Below, one piece after another: positions 63,740 through 64,000 of a stretch of DNA of 64,000 nt. The notes below the pieces were generated by a model. The model worked only from the letters and a program-made list of their open reading frames with translations. It searched no databases and was not told the DNA's origin. The position numbers and the translations under genes are program-made. The stretch is from an uncultured cyanobacterium (lineage in GTDB: Bacteria > Cyanobacteriota > Cyanobacteriia > Cyanobacteriales > Nostocaceae): positions 2,240,001-2,304,000 of the forward strand of contig OY970166.1 of NCBI GenBank assembly GCA_963706595.1, written 5' to 3'. The first letter of the stretch is position 1; every line of letters begins with the position of its first letter.

Positions 63740-64000
63740 CTAGAAGGTGAAGGTAGTTCTGAGAGTACCGATAAACGAATCGTCGTTGCTGCTTTGACCA
63801 GGGTTTGTCACCCAGATTACGCCAGGAGTAACTGAGATGTTATCAGAAACGCGATATTTGTAGAAGCCTTCAACTTGGTATGGAACTTTGTTAGAACCAT
63901 CTACTACACCGCGTGAATAGGGAACAGCACCGCCGAAGATACCCAAGACGTTACCTCTTTTACCAAAGTCAGGTAAGGCTAAACCAACACCGTAACTCCA
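63740..64000 (-). CDS. Outer-membrane porin (OprB/SomA-type), C-terminal part
   Basis: EGFYKYRVSDNISVTPGVIW...GTLRTTFTF, typical cyanobacterial porin C-terminus; frame continues beyond the window. Confidence 0.88.
   Translation of the reverse strand, partial: WSYGVGLALPDFGKRGNVLGIFGGAVPYSRGVVDGSNKVPYQVEGFYKYRVSDNISVTPGVIWVTNPGQSSNDDSFIGTLRTTFTF

Overview
Chromosomal window from a heterocystous (Nostocales, Nodularia/Anabaena-like) cyanobacterium, judged from dense HIP1 (GCGATCGC) sites, heptamer tandem repeats and genes such as sigA, petE, psbV and CAB-tailed hemH. Most of it is housekeeping: sigA, gyrA-type subunit, a MacAB-TolC-type cluster, comM, purB, hemH, petE, psbV, accD, pilD, leuB, queD-like, cysK. 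Three accessory regions stand out. (1) 27.1-31.8 kb, beside comM, AT-rich and with no HIP1 seen: a retron-type reverse transcriptase (NAxxH, YADD, VTG) fused to an McrB-like AAA+ NTPase, followed by an McrC-like PD-(D/E)xK nuclease with a Cys-rich tail. Upstream are a sigma70-type promoter and two tandem stem-closed RNA modules resembling retron msr-msd. This candidate retron-McrBC defence system is the best lead. (2) An orphan 21-repeat CRISPR array inserted antisense within a sugar-ABC gene cluster. (3) 53.6-60.8 kb: a CHAT-AAA / AAA-TM gene pair converging on a caspase-lipase fusion. Single-base frameshifts in hemH, cysK and one small ORF suggest assembly indel errors. All calls come from reading motifs by eye; no searches were run.
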